NCBI GenBank assembly: GCA_008632985.1
Contig: QPGO01000169.1
Span: 1-64,000 of the forward strand
Direction: 5' to 3'
Source of the DNA: Psammoneis japonica
Taxonomy: Eukaryota
Length of the DNA stretch: 64,000 nt
Within the stretch, counting starts at the first letter, position 1. Each line of letters opens with the position of its first letter. A program made the position numbers and the translations under genes. The notes below the pieces were generated by a model that was not told where the DNA came from, searched no databases, and saw nothing but the letters and a program-made list of their open reading frames with translations. Of the stretch, positions 13,601 through 26,459 are shown piece after piece.

Positions 13601-16600
13601 GTCAAAGTGACTTGTCATGCACAGCACAGGAGCAGCCAATGGAGAACTCAGAAAATGGAGGCAATGCCAAAATGTGCATTTTGGACATTCTGATGGAACT
13701 GTGTGGTCAAGGCCTCTTGAAAGGGGCCCAGTGGAAAGACACATCCATGCACCCATCAAATGCAAAGAGAAGAAGCTGCTCCAAAACATGCTTGAGTTGT
13801 GCGATGTTGCAATGAAAACAATGGTGAGCGCAAAGCACTGAAGGGCAATGGACTCAACAACTGGGGTTTGAAAACTCATGCAAAGCAAAACAAAAACAAA
13901 TGCATGAGGAAAATGTTGGAGTGTCAAGGTCTGGATCCAGATGTTGAGGAGCAGCTTGAAAAAAGAAGATCATGAGTCATCAGAAAGCAGTGTGTGTGGG
14001 CATTTGGGTGTGTGTGCATTTGCACAAAAGGACTGAAGAAAAGGGCAGGAAGTGCAAAGATCCCTGTGACCCACCTCCTGGCAATGAGTCAACAGTCACA
14101 GGAGTGCCTCCAGGCAACATGCCTCTTCTCTCTTTCTGGGGTGCCAAGGCCAGGTGTGGAGTGGCACAGCTTTGTGTTCAGTGTTGAGTTTCCATGTGTT
14201 CATTTTTGGCACTCTTTTGTCTGGACCAAACTTGATGCTTCCCCAAACTGCCCCAGAATCCCCCACAGTTTTCTTGGTGGGAAAAGTTGTTTCAAAGAAA
14301 AGAGAAATCCACAACTCTGTGGGACCAAGCTTGTGGGACACACTGCAAATTTCTTGTTGAACAAATGGCAAAAAGCAGGGAGAAAATTGGCAAAGGCACC
14401 GCTGAGAATCAAAACAGTGCTGACCTGTCCAGAATTGCACAATCAATTTCTTTGGCAAATTTTGGACAAAAGAGAAATCCTCAACTCATGTTGACACACA
14501 ACACGGGGCCTGGCTTTTTGGGTGCATTGTGAAATTGTTGAGAGCAAAACAAGAAATGGGAAAACAGGTGAAAGCACCATTGAGACATCACACCACGAAG
14601 TGGGACACTGTCAGCATGCATCAATGTGCTGCTGCAGTTTGTTGTGTGCAACTGGGATTTCCACATGTGACCAATGGCGGATGTTGGTCAATGCAAATGA
14701 CACGACCAGCCAGTCAGCCACAAACATTTTCAAATGCGATTGCTTGCATTCTGCTTGTGGGCCCATTGAATGTTGGTTGACAAAACCTGGGTGCTCTTCA
14801 TTGCACAGTGTTCAAGAATCTAGATCAGGGATGAGAATCATCACATTCACCACCATTTCTCTTTGCGTTTGAGTTTGGCTTTGTGTTGGCCTGATTGCAT
14901 TCGCATTGCCCCCCTGATTGTGCACGCCTGTCCTTGCCCTGTGTTGCTGTTTTGCATTGCAGCATTTTAGACTCTAGAGTCCCCCACTGCTCTAGAAAAG
15001 AGAGCACCATCAGCACATTGCAGCATTGCTGTCACACGTTGAACCCCTCTTGACTGCAAGCAGCACTTGCACAGCAGCCCCACCAGTTGTGCAAGGCAGA
15101 TTTCAGACACAGCACACACAGCTTCTTCATTGATGACAACAACAGAAACTGCTTCCCACTTGCATGCGCTGCTCTGGCAAGCTCACGATCATCGAAATGA
15201 AGAGTTTCTGTTCCAAAGCAGTTGTTGCAACAAGGAAGAAGGACCCGTTGTGCAGCTTTGCAAACACTTTGGCTTTGTTCATTGCAGCCCTGGGCTCAAG
15301 CACTGCAAGTTCATTCCAGGAAAGAAGGAGGGAGAATCAGACAAGATGATTGCAGTTGACCTCAAGAATCATTGTTGGAACTAAAATGCTGGCTCACTGT
15401 CAATGAAGGGAGAGATCATTGCTTGAGTCAGGCGATCAAGCCAGCTCCATTCCCAGGTGGCAACAGCTCTCTCATCATGAGAGACAAAATGAGGGGTTGG
15501 GATCAATTTGCCCCAAACATTTCTGAGGTGCTTGCAGTTCTTGATTTCGCATGTGAAACATTGAAAGCTGTGACAACTGCATTTTTTTTGCTGCAATCTC
15601 CTTTCCTTGCTGTTCCACCAAACAGCCAGACCCACACTTTGCAAACTTGCCAGCACAGGGGCAAATGAGGGTCTTGATCATGTTGACCTCCTCAACATCA
15701 ACAAAGGGAAGGCTTGAAAAGGAAATGCTGGAAAGCTCTTTGGGGTGCTTGCTGGAAGGTTTGGTCAAGTTGTCTTGCTCATTGGAGAAATTCAAATCAT
15801 CAGCCAGCAATGTCGACATGATCCTTCTTGACACAGCCGTTGGTTGTGGTGCCCTGAGAATGATCAAGCTCAGACAGTTCTTCTTTGGCAGTCTCGGACA
15901 GCTTGTCTTTGTGGGTTGATTCTTTGTTGACAGTGATGGTCAGATGAAACAGAAAAATTCTCACAGAGTTGCCATCAAATGATTCAGTCCCTTCGGATTG
16001 TGTCATGGCCATGACTGTCTTGTGCACTGCAATGGTTTGCGACAGAGTGTGGAAAGAAACCAAGCAATCCACCCCACCAAATTTACATTGTTGGTTGTGT
16101 TCACAATCCGTTCAACCTTGCACACCATGATCTTTCACAACAGAGCATGAAAAGAAACTCATTGCTTGTCATTTTCTTTTGAAATGATCCATCCAGCTAA
16201 ACTCGCACAATTGGCCACACTCACAATCAGTTCAAATCAATCATTCTCAACCTCTGCAAACATCATTGAGTTGACCAAAAGGCAGCAAGAGCTGCCACAA
16301 GAAAAAGGCAGGACAATGTTGTCACACATCACCCTTTTCATTCTTTGCCATGGCGAACAAGAGGATGAGATGGTCTGCCAGCGTCTTTTGGCCAAAGAGG
16401 AGAGAAAGCAGAAAACCTGACACCTGGGGTTCATCAAAGGGAACAACAGATGCAAATCATTGAAGAAACAGTCAAGTGTCAACTCTCTGGACCCTCTGCT
16501 TGCAGCCAAAGGCCACGCACAGTCTCAAACATCATGGTTGGCTCTCATTTCTGTGATCCATGGGGTCGCAAGGTTGTGGTTTTCTCCTCTCCACTGCATC

Positions 16601-17590
16601 GCGCAATTGGAACTGCCACAGTGGTTGGAGGGGCCGCTTTGAGCACCAATGCATTGTGACCATGACTAGACTCCTCAAACGGGTTGGGAAACAATGAAAT
16701 TCCAATCACTGTGTTGAATGGCTTGGGTGATTTTGCTTCTGAAGTGTGCCATCGTGGCGGCATTGAGGCTTGGATTCCTTTGCATTCTGTTCGATGCTCC
16801 AACATGCGGGAAAATGATGGCACGTTGCAGAGACCATTTGTTTGTGCTCCATCTCAGATGCCAAGCCATTGATTGCAGGTGCATGGGAAATGCTCTCCCA
16901 TTTGGTTCTGGGGAACATCCTTGGGGACCTTTGTCCCAATGTCACCGTTTCTTGCTGCGGATTCCAAAGCGTGTGACATGGGAGAAGGGGAAGCAGTCAA
17001 GCACCCAAAAAAGCCAAGCAGCAAAGCTTTTGTGGCACCAAGGAATCCAATTTGTGCCACTGAGGATGCTGTGTGGATGACTCTTGACAGAGGTTGCTCC
17101 TTTTGCTTGTGTGGTTGTGTGTCTCATCGAGAAGCGATTCGCGCGATGTGGCAGAGGGGTGTGGTGTGTTCTCTCATCTGAACGCTCCCTGCTGTTGCAC
17201 TGGTTGTTTTGGAGCCAACGTTGAAGGAGATTTCATCCGCTTTGCCTTGTTGGATGTCTGGCATGCAGGACACTCCGACTTTGTTCTGAGACTGCCGCGT
17301 CCACCGCTGACTGGAATCCACTTGCGACTGATGTTCAAGAATGCAGGTGATGGAATGATGTTTCATCTGTGCAATGTTGAGGTCCTGAACCTTCATGATG
17401 GCAGGCTGGGGTTGCAAATTTGGTTGTCCTTGTGGAAATCACACAAGACTTTTGCCATGCCAGCAACCCGAGGATGCAAAAACTCTTCATGCTCAAGTTC
17501 AAGAAGGCCATGATTCCTTGGAGAATGAAGGGAACTGTGCCACAATGACTCCAGAGCAGTGCTCTTTCTTGTCATCAACAGATGTCAATC
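10680..17590. repeat. Block of heavily mutated TpA/CpG-depleted repeat remnants, mostly unclassifiable
   Basis: Almost no TA dinucleotides, excess TG/CA, and only Cys/His-rich spurious ORFs. Confidence 0.75.
11715..13420 (+). pseudogene. Decayed hAT-like transposase gene (TTF-type zinc-finger region)
   Basis: RHFQKLWTTDCNWLEV...VFCRHCQ resembles the R.F...W...YxWLxY...VFCxxC TTF finger. The downstream part is frameshifted and TpA-depleted. Confidence 0.4.
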
Positions 17591-18099
17591 AACAGCTTTA
17601 AAGCTGCCGGCAGATTAGATCGATTGCTCGATCCGTCCATGGTGTCTTTTTTTGCAGCACAGCAAACTATCTCGAAAAGAAGACAAATGCAGAGGACAAA
17701 ACAACCGCCGGAAACGGAAAGAGGGGTTGAAAAAAGCAGGAGAATGCGATCTGCATCATCATCATCTAGAAGATTGAGCAGCAGCATTTACATCTTGGTG
17801 CTTCCCGATTTAACTGTCTGGTGGTGGTGGTCTAACAGCAGCAACTTCTTTCGCGGTTCCCTCCTGCACAGACGCCAGGGACATTGTAGTCTCTAGAGGG
17901 GCCCTGAGTGCATGACATTTCACATTGTGCATGGCATCGCACCGACGAAGGACAGAGCAAAGAACGATTCTTGTTGCATTCACCATCTGTCAAAGTTGAA
18001 CCCTATTACCTGTTTCCGATGGCAGGCAGAGAGACACCGGTGAAAGATTGCACATCCTTTTCATTCATATTGTATTACACAGTAAAACAGCAACCGACC

Positions 18100-18762
18100 A
18101 TGCTGGTTTCGTTCTGGTATATGTTGGTGTATCTAGTTGTCATGATTTGTGCTGTGTGCATGTATTGTGCCTGCAAATCCAGATTCAACGACGACGACAT
18201 GCTTCTGCCGCCAATACCCATTATCGAACCAATACACCGGAGTGCTGATGAAGAACGAAGACTCTCTCCGCAAGAGCTCCGACAATATATCGAACATAGT
18301 ATTGTCTCCAAGACAATCACAACAAATAAGAAGAGCAACGGAACTACTGATTCCAGTGAAAAGATACAAATCGGGCAGAAAAGCAAAGACGGAACGGAAG
18401 GTCAGTCTAGTGGAAGTCAAGACAAATCAGAAACTGAGAAGGACAAAACGAATGATTCTATACAAGACGTGGATTTGGAATCTGGTGTCGTTCAGAAAGA
18501 AGAGGAACTTGAGCGTACTACCGAAAAAGATACGATCATGCTTGAGGAATTGGTTTCGAATCTGTGCGAGATTTGCTTGAGCGAATACTGTGCGGGAGAT
18601 GTGGTTTCTTCCAGTTTGAATCCGACTTGCACTCACTCGTTTCACAAGGATTGCATTGTGGAATGGCTCACAAGAACTACCAACGGAGAAAAGCAACGGA
18701 ACGAAATGACTTGTCCTTGCTGTCGACGAGATTACATACCAGATTCTTCTTCCAGTTCTTGA
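18100..18762 (+). CDS. Transmembrane RING-H2 E3 ubiquitin ligase (ATL-like architecture)
   Basis: N-terminal hydrophobic helix plus CEICLSEY...CTHSFHKDCIVEW...CPCCR. Confidence 0.88.
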   Translation: MLVSFWYMLVYLVVMICAVCMYCACKSRFNDDDMLLPPIPIIEPIHRSADEERRLSPQELRQYIEHSIVSKTITTNKKSNGTTDSSEKIQIGQKSKDGTEGQSSGSQDKSETEKDKTNDSIQDVDLESGVVQKEEELERTTEKDTIMLEELVSNLCEICLSEYCAGDVVSSSLNPTCTHSFHKDCIVEWLTRTTNGEKQRNEMTCPCCRRDYIPDSSSSS

Positions 18763-18957
18763 GACGATTTCAAAATGGATGATGGAAAATTGTTCACCTT
18801 GTTGTCTGAGCCAGGTGGATCCCTGACAGCCCTGACAATTTTGACGTTTTCGTCCAGGATCAAAGCAGCAGGTTGCAGCGGTAAGACACGTTCTCGCATC
18901 AAATTTTGACTCTTCAGTGAAGGCAGCCCCGAACCTAGATTATGGCGTTCAACAAGT

Positions 18958-19404
18958 TGTCATGAGCTTGACTCTCATTGGTGGAGTGATGATATGAGGC
19001 CGACCAGTTTCCTGGACAGGAGGCAGCCAGTTGAGAGCATACCTGCCGCTTTGCCACGCCACTCAGTTGGGTGAGGTGTGGAGAAGCCTGTCTCTATGAT
19101 AATAATGGAGGCGGATGCTGTTGACTTCTAGCTAGAGGGCATCTACTAGGGGGGCTACGTGCACACCTCTTGTTCGGCGACGCGAGTGGCTTCACTCGTT
19201 TTTCACCTTCTTTATGTAGTCACCAGTACAGTACCTACGCCAAGAAAGTAGGAATACCTTGATGCAGGTTGGGAGCTGTCAGTGCAGTAACGTCCCGCGT
19301 GCTGGTCGGCTTGCGCATTGACGACCAAGACTACACGATACATATCGACAAAATCATCCTGCTATAGCTAGAGTCTCAGTGAATACTAGCTCATCATTAC
19401 ATCA
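18958..19404. mobile_element. Solo LTR (447 bp) with 5-bp target-site duplication
   Basis: Begins TG (TGTCATG) and ends CA (TACATCA). Flanked by CAAGT at 18953-18957 and 19405-19409. Confidence 0.7.
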
Positions 19405-19676
19405 CAAGTCAGGGCAAGCTACCACGCACAGATTACGGGGTCGCGCAGTTCGTAATAAGTTGATCCAGAATGTTGCAGACCCAAAAGGGCCACCGTCATT
19501 TGTGGCTCGAACAGCAGTCCTGTATTTCTGTGCTCGGTCCTGGAGCTCACGGATCCTTATGTGTGCAGGTGTTTTGGGACCATCTCCTCTCACGAGTGGT
19601 TGGAAAAGAGTACGAAAGGATCATGACTGTATTGTACCGCATTGTCGAGGTCAGTCTTCCAGAATGTGGGGTGCGG

Positions 19677-21429
19677 CTAGACCTCAGTTTTCTTCTCTTC
19701 ACCATCGATGCCTAATAGCTCTTCCTTCTCATTCGCGATTTCAATAGACCCGTAATGTGTCAGAGCCGGTTGGTATTCTTTTATGTCCACCATTCCTTCT
19801 CGTTCTCGTATACTCTTTTGTATTTGACCCCAATCGGCAAACGCAAACGCGGCCCACAAGACGACATTCATGGATATGTACGGTAGCGACATCCAAGACC
19901 AAGCAGCGTTGATTCCTCCTCCTCGTATGGACGAAACATAGTACAAGCACGGCAAACCAACCACCCAAAAGAAAAATGTAGTCACAATTCCTAGTGTCCA
20001 CTGCATGCCTAATCCCCACGCCGTTCCCATGTTTAGCCCATAGAGACCCAGGAAAAAACTAAACACAGCAACATCCGACCAAATCTCCTCACAACCCTGA
20101 GAGCATTCCAAATACACACAGGTGCGGAAGGTAGTCGACGGGGTAAGAGCACGAGAAAACTGCAATGGTAGACATGCCATGTTGTCTTTACCTTTAATAT
20201 ATCCGGTTCTGTGGTGAACCATCGAAATATAACATGTCTCTGGGCATACAAGACGTACGAAGCAACCAACAACACCGCGGCACCGACTATATTTGTCCAC
20301 AAGCACACGCGTTTGGCACGCTTCACCGAGTGCGGTAGAATTGTGCCAAGTCGCACGGCCATTGCGGTCCCCACACTGAGAGGAACCATCCAGGATACGG
20401 TGATCACTTGTGTTGGAATTGTATGGATTGCGAGCGGTACCTCACCAAAGGTTCCAATCATGAGCGCTACCACCTCCCAATACCACCACTCCTTTCACGC
20501 AAGTTCATGCGGAGAATTCACGAGAACACAACATTTTTCAAGTAAGCAGTAGACTCTACTTGAGGACCAAAACAGCAGGCATCATAACTTACCGACATTG
20601 ACAAGATTCCACCACCACCCAGCTTGAGGTAGATAGCTACGTCTTCCCATTCCAGTGCACGCTTCACTGTGTCTAGCGCTAATCCAACCCACGTCCGAGG
20701 ATGAAATGGCTTTTTCCATTTCAAAAGGAGCAAAAGGAACAATGCCAGGAACGCTTCGTATAGAACGATTGCCATGGCACTTCCACGAAACCCCCAGACG
20801 TATACGCAGACTTTTAATGCCAGTGGCAAACTCAACCCACAAGCCGCTACACAGGACACTACCAAGGGCCACATGACAGCTTGAGCCGATAGAAATTTCC
20901 AAGTAACAGAAAAAAGAGCCCAAAAGGGCATGGCCCAAATATAAATTCGAAACCACGTGGAAGCAAGTTCCGATGCTTCCACATTTTGATTCATATCAAT
21001 CAAGAACACGTGCATCCATCTCCACAGAATGACATTAATGGGTAAAATTAGAATCATTCCCACGATAAATCCTCGAACCGCCAACAATCCAACCTTTTCA
21101 AAGTTACCAGACGTGAACGCTTGCGGTGATAACGTGTCGGCTGCCGAGTACAACCCAAAAAGAAAGGATAGACTCAGGAGATTCCCGGTAAGTGTTGCGA
21201 GCGTGAACCCATCCAAATATTCGGAACCAAACAACCGTCCTACATACGATGCAGTCAAGGCGTTCGGTATGGTTGTTGACAATTCAATGACTGCTGTGGG
21301 AACCGCCAGTTCAGCCAACAACCGCGCTTCCACGAAAATAATCGACGAGAGTAGTTTGTCATTCTTTCGGCTTTGAGTCCTTATTGTAGAAGAATCGCCA
21401 CGATCAACAACCTTTTCGCACATTGTCAT
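19677..21429 (-). CDS. MATE family efflux transporter; introns 20492..20592 and 20097..20191
   Basis: Motifs LAELAVP, DTLSPQAF, KFLSAQ, spliced MS|EWWYWEV, and VPLSVGTAMAVRLG. Both GT-AG introns restore the frame. Confidence 0.93.
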
Positions 21430-22409
21430 GAGTCGTTCGGTCGGAATTGTGTGGAATCATCAACCGCTTGAATAGATGCGGACCAAAGGATGCTCAGGCA
21501 CAACAACACCACCACAACAACACCCGAAACGAACAGCTATGCATTTGCTTTTTAGCCTCTTTCATTCGGCTTCCGAGTGCCAGACTGACGCGAGCCCGCG
21601 CTTTTTCTCGCTGTTCCGCTGAGTGCGACACGTCTACCCACGCACCGCCGCGCACCTCTCTTGCCATCTGGTCTGTCCATCAACCGACACCGGCATGACC
21701 CACGTTGCCTGGCCTTCAGCTCTTTGTGCTGCCACTGCCCTTGCAGTGGCAGGCCTTTGGACAGGACTGGATGGCCTCACTTGGGTTTGCACTGAGACAA
21801 ATGTAACAACTGGTGAGAGCATTGTGCAATGCAAGTGTCACAGACAAAAAGCCATGGCTTTTCTTGTTCCTTCCACTTGCGTTTGTCCTGCTCATTCCGA
21901 CGCTGCCAACTTGCAAGTCATGCTGGTCATTTCTCATCTTTGCTTGCAATGATCTCTCATTTCCCCCCCTTTTCAAAGAAGGATGGATGCTGCATTGGCC
22001 ACTTGATTTTGATCCAGATGTTTGCCATGAGCACGCTTGGGGGCTTGTCATTGGCTCGAAAGTTTTTGCTGTTCATCGGCTGCAGCTGTCGAACCACAAA
22101 AGAGCCATCATTTTTTCTTTGTCAGAGGGGATGCAAGAACTGGCTCATGTGCATGACCTTGAAGAGGGAGCACAAAAACTCACTCATGTGTGTGGCATGT
22201 GACCTTGATCCATGAAGCCAAGAGGAGTGCTGCTGAAATCAAATTCTCACAAGTGTCATCTCAACGAGCATTCTGCTAAAATGCAATGACGAATTTTTCA
22301 TTTTTGCAGTTGGCTGAAAGGCAATGACAAAATTCAACAATCTGTGGTTGTGTGTTTGCACAGCTGCTTCATCTACAAAAAGGCAAAGCTTTGTCTCTGT
22401 GGCACCTCA

Positions 22410-22740
22410 GAGCCAATGGCACAGTCAATGAAATCACCCCCCCCCCACTTGAATCATGATTGTGTCATCCATGAAGCCAAACAGTGGCAGTGGCATGGTC
22501 CTGCAGTTGAAAATTGTCCACAGCCACCTCTCAGATGTGCTTTTGTTGTGGTCATTTGTGTTTGAGCAAGAAACTGTTGAAGAAGAATTTCTTGTAATTT
22601 GTCCATGATCATAATTCTCTGATGGGGAAGCAATGACTTGTCGGCTTGAGGGCATGGCACTGCAGCTCATTTGTTTGAAAATGACATTGGCTGTGCATTT
22701 TCATGCCAGTCAAAAGAATCTTCTTTTGGTTCAAGCAGGC
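22410..22740 (-). pseudogene. Decayed partial duplicate of the TMEM65-like gene (related to ~32135-32450)
   Basis: Translates GQITRNSSSTVSCSN...LWTIF...LFGFMDDTIMIQ versus RQITRNYSGTVSRSN...LWTVF...LGFGFMDNTIMIQ in the intact gene. Confidence 0.85.
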
Positions 22741-23050
22741 AGAGCAGGCCCACAGACCTCTCTGGAGCTGTCCCATAAATTTGACATGCAAAAAGCACAG
22801 TGTCTACTCTACTGGCGACTATGACTGGTTGGGCCTAAACTACCCATGCCAGTTCAAATTTGGCATTGGGCCCTACTCTGGAAACATATGGGAAGCGGAA
22901 TTTGTCTTATGTGAACTTTCACCGAAGATATCACTGGAACAACTTCTCCTAGCACGTTGTCATTATCATACATTGTGGCTGAACTGGTTTGCATAGTCCA
23001 GACGCTGACATTATGCACCATCATCAACCGACAACTACAAGCCGCGGATT

Positions 23051-24706
23051 CTATACATCTTCTTCGGAAACTGTCTCGGTAAGCTTCGCGATCGACTCCT
23101 CTATCCAGTCATCAGTCATAGTCTTCCATTCGCTGTTTGACTCTTTCTCACGTTTTCGCAGGTTCCCAAGATCACAGAGGTACACGTTTGGCGTCGTAGA
23201 TGAACCGTCGCGGAAGAGACCCAGGTGGCGCCACCTGATCTCCACGTGATGGAAGCCCTTGCCCGCAAACAGTTGAAGACACGAGCGAATAGAACCATCA
23301 TTCAGTGCCTTGTTTCTTGCGTTGTCTTTGGCATCGATTGGAACGAGGTATGGCATGCACAGGCAGGCGTCCTTGGTGTATGTGTCGTCGGTGGGAGGAA
23401 GTTCGACAACCCGTGACTTAGGCAGTTTCTCATAGATGGTGTTCCACAAGTCCCTCTCTTTTTGGGCACTCTGAACAGCTATTGCTCTCTCTGCATAAAA
23501 CTTGACCGCACAAAAGGATTTCCTCGTACTAGTTGTGGCCAAACAACAGTCCCCATTCACCCCCATACCCAAGTGTTTGCACAAGAAAATTTGTTGTACC
23601 TGTTTGTTGGCAAGAAGACAGCTCCATAAATTTGGCTCCTCGACAAACCTGACTGTTGAATGTGCAAACACGTCTAAGGTCTGCGCCAGCGTGATGACTC
23701 GAGCGGGAAGATTGGTATTCAACGGGACGTTGCGACAGAACAAGCGAGGATCGACTGTGTTGATAGAAAGCTGTAAAAAATGCGTCAGCAGCTTAAGAGT
23801 CGGCTCCCAGTTTTCGCTATTGTGAAAATCGGAGTAGTTCGAGCAGTACAGGTGGCGAGCACCACGACGCGTTACTACGCTTCCTGTCGTGACAAAGTTG
23901 ATAGAATTGTCCGGGGATGCGCTGCCGCCATTCATCGCAGTGGCACTCCGCTTTCTGGAGGGACGCTCGCTTTTGTTTGGAAGATCTTCTTTCTTGGAGA
24001 AAGTTTCAGTGCATGTTATCATGGAATGGTTACCGTCGGAAATTACACCAAAGACCTTCTTCAACCCAAATAACTGAATTTGCTCCAGCTGCATCAAGTT
24101 TTCGGCCTGAACCTTACCCTTCAATTCTTCTTCCACGGTACCGTCATCTTCGAATATCGCCCGCACGAACTTTTCATCGCCGTTCTTCTTGATTTCAACA
24201 GCCGCAAAAGGAATGCAATTCTTACCATACAGGAGCAGAATATCACATTCCACACCACAAATTCGTCGATTCTGCGCGAACTTCACTTGATCAGAGGTCG
24301 CCTTCGCAATAGACTCGAGGATACCAAGGATGAAACTCTGAACATCAGTCTCGGAATTGATAAAACCATTTTTGCGTTTCGTATATTCGGAATCATACGG
24401 CACATCGATTTCATCATTGAAGTCGTATTCTACCCGTTGGATTTTTTTTGGCGTGTGCTTTAGTTGCGCTACATGCGGCGCCGAATCAGTGCGGTTGACC
24501 AACGGCCGAGGGTCCCTTCTCAGTACTTCCAGGGACCTTTGGCGAATGGTAGACTCCATTGTCTCCACATGCTGCAGAATCTCTTGCAGAATTTTGTGCT
24601 GCGATTCCTCAGCGAGAAGTTGGTCATAAGCGCCAATCCACCGCCCCATATTCTTCACCCGCTGGACCAGTTCGCCCATTGTAGTAGTTCTTTCGCCGAC
24701 GTCCAT
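23051..24706 (-). CDS. Crinkler/RHS-like protein: PD-(D/E)xK nuclease-like domain + kinase-like (DUF5898-type) domain
   Basis: 551-aa intronless ORF. SETDV...ECDILL...AAVEIKK is followed by HLGMGVNG...CAVKF...KERDLW...MPYL...HHVEIRWRHLG...LCDLG. Confidence 0.72.
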   Translation of the reverse strand: MDVGERTTTMGELVQRVKNMGRWIGAYDQLLAEESQHKILQEILQHVETMESTIRQRSLEVLRRDPRPLVNRTDSAPHVAQLKHTPKKIQRVEYDFNDEIDVPYDSEYTKRKNGFINSETDVQSFILGILESIAKATSDQVKFAQNRRICGVECDILLLYGKNCIPFAAVEIKKNGDEKFVRAIFEDDGTVEEELKGKVQAENLMQLEQIQLFGLKKVFGVISDGNHSMITCTETFSKKEDLPNKSERPSRKRSATAMNGGSASPDNSINFVTTGSVVTRRGARHLYCSNYSDFHNSENWEPTLKLLTHFLQLSINTVDPRLFCRNVPLNTNLPARVITLAQTLDVFAHSTVRFVEEPNLWSCLLANKQVQQIFLCKHLGMGVNGDCCLATTSTRKSFCAVKFYAERAIAVQSAQKERDLWNTIYEKLPKSRVVELPPTDDTYTKDACLCMPYLVPIDAKDNARNKALNDGSIRSCLQLFAGKGFHHVEIRWRHLGLFRDGSSTTPNVYLCDLGNLRKREKESNSEWKTMTDDWIEESIAKLTETVSEEDV

Positions 24707-25288
24707 GACTGTGTTTCCTTGTATTAGGAGTACGAGTGCCTTGTTTAATGATCAGAAATCAGAAGCGCAAGGAGGAAGTATTAGCGGTAACTGGGTACTG
24801 TACAGTGTCCGGCATGATTCATCGTGAGACCCCACAAATACGGAGGGACCCTCCTGTAGAGCTCTATTATGCCTTGCGCGCAGGTGCCCCCGCGCGGACA
24901 CACAAGAATTTTTTCGACTCCCTCCGACACGCGCTCGCTAAAAAAAAACCGAAAAACGACTCCGGATGACATCTTGTCGTTGATTGTAAGTAATTGGACG
25001 ATTATCGTGATAGTTTGACCAGTCGGAAATGCTACACTAGTCCCTAAGATTATATCACTTGAAGGTCTTGTGAAGATTTGAAGAGACACTCGAGAAATCC
25101 ACCAGGATTTGTTGTGCTTGGATGTCACCGAAACACTGCACTTTTCCACGCAATTCATTCTTTGTCGCATCTCCATCTTCCTCCCTTGCAGTCGCACCCA
25201 TCTATTCTGGTGATTCAGCATTACACGGGACATTGCGTGGCTTGAACAGGCTGTAAGTAGACGAGACATTGTGTCGTGAAAAAACAAA

Positions 25289-26459
25289 ATGGCCAACAAC
25301 ATCGATTGCGCCACTGCAGCCCAGTGCGGACTTGCTGTCAATGACAATGGTGGAACGTATGAACGTGGGAGGGCACATGGCCTCGAGAAGAAGATCGAAG
25401 TTCAGAGGGTCTGTCAATCGCCACAAGACACATCAGAGAGCGGCAGGCCGAATCTAACAGAAGTCGCTGGGTTTGCAGGGTTGACCGCAAATTTGCAGTC
25501 AAAGTGGAACGAGAACTTGACTGTTACGGCCAAGTGCTTCACCCCAAAAGATTCACCAGAAACAAATGCATGGTCCAGGCGTCAACACAATTGACAGTCT
25601 AGATGCTTTTGTCCTTCTGATTCTGTGTCTGGACGAGCCAAGTCGCTCGCTGTCCAACTGTCGGGAGAATCTGTGCAACCTCACAGGAGCAGTGGTTTCG
25701 AACGCTGCCATCAGCAGATTCTGGAATTATGCATTTCCAATCAGCGGGAAACTTTGCAAGCCAAATCTCATTCCCCATGATAAATTCAAACCCGACAACA
25801 TCCTACGAGTGCGCGAGTTCATGATGGTTGTCGCCGAGGTTGATCCATGGAGGGTCAAATGCGGAGATGAGAAGCTGCTGAAAGGTTCAGAAGTGCATTG
25901 CCGAAGGACAAGACGAAATGCACTGACGGGGGAAGTCCCACCATCCTTCACATCCTCTGATTTTTGCAACACATGCCCCATCATCGGCTTTTGCGGTGTC
26001 GACACAAGGACCTGCCCAGTGCATTGCCGGATCCACAACGAGCCGAATGATGCGGAACAGTTTGCAATGGAGATTGAGCATGCAGTGTGTCGGGGCTTTC
26101 TCAGAGGCGGTGACATCCTTGTTCTAGACAATGCAGCCCACCACGTGCATGGTGAAAATGCGGTTCTTGAAGAATGACTGTGGATGGAGCATGGCACATT
26201 TGTTTTGTTTCTTCCAACGAGGACCCCTGAATGGAACCCTGCAGAACTTGTGTGGCGTCAACTTGTGACACAGCTCAAGCACTGTCTGATTCACAGGCTC
26301 TGCTCGCACACCAAGCATTCCATCGCCTGTGCTGCCCATGACGTGTCATCCCAAATTACGCATGACCAAGTCTTCCGCATGTACAGAGCATGTGGACATG
26401 TGTCCCAAGCTTGTTCTACAACAGAATGCTCTGCTGTAGAACACCCTACAACAGACTGA
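25289..26459 (+). pseudogene. IS630/Tc1-family DDE transposase, disrupted
   Basis: Motifs KCGDEK...ILVLDNAAHH...LFLPTRTPEWNPAELVW. Frameshift near 25480-25570 and TGA at 26175. Confidence 0.88.

Noticed and set aside
16450..17580. Possible non-LTR retrotransposon C-terminus on the minus strand (…SECPACQ…)
   Set aside because: Too degraded to support by eye.
10680..17590. Numerous overlapping Cys/His/Gln-rich ORFs here and in the other depleted blocks
   Set aside because: Loss of TA removes TAA/TAG stops and Tyr codons and inflates TGY/CAN codons. These ORFs are compositional artefacts, not metal-binding proteins.
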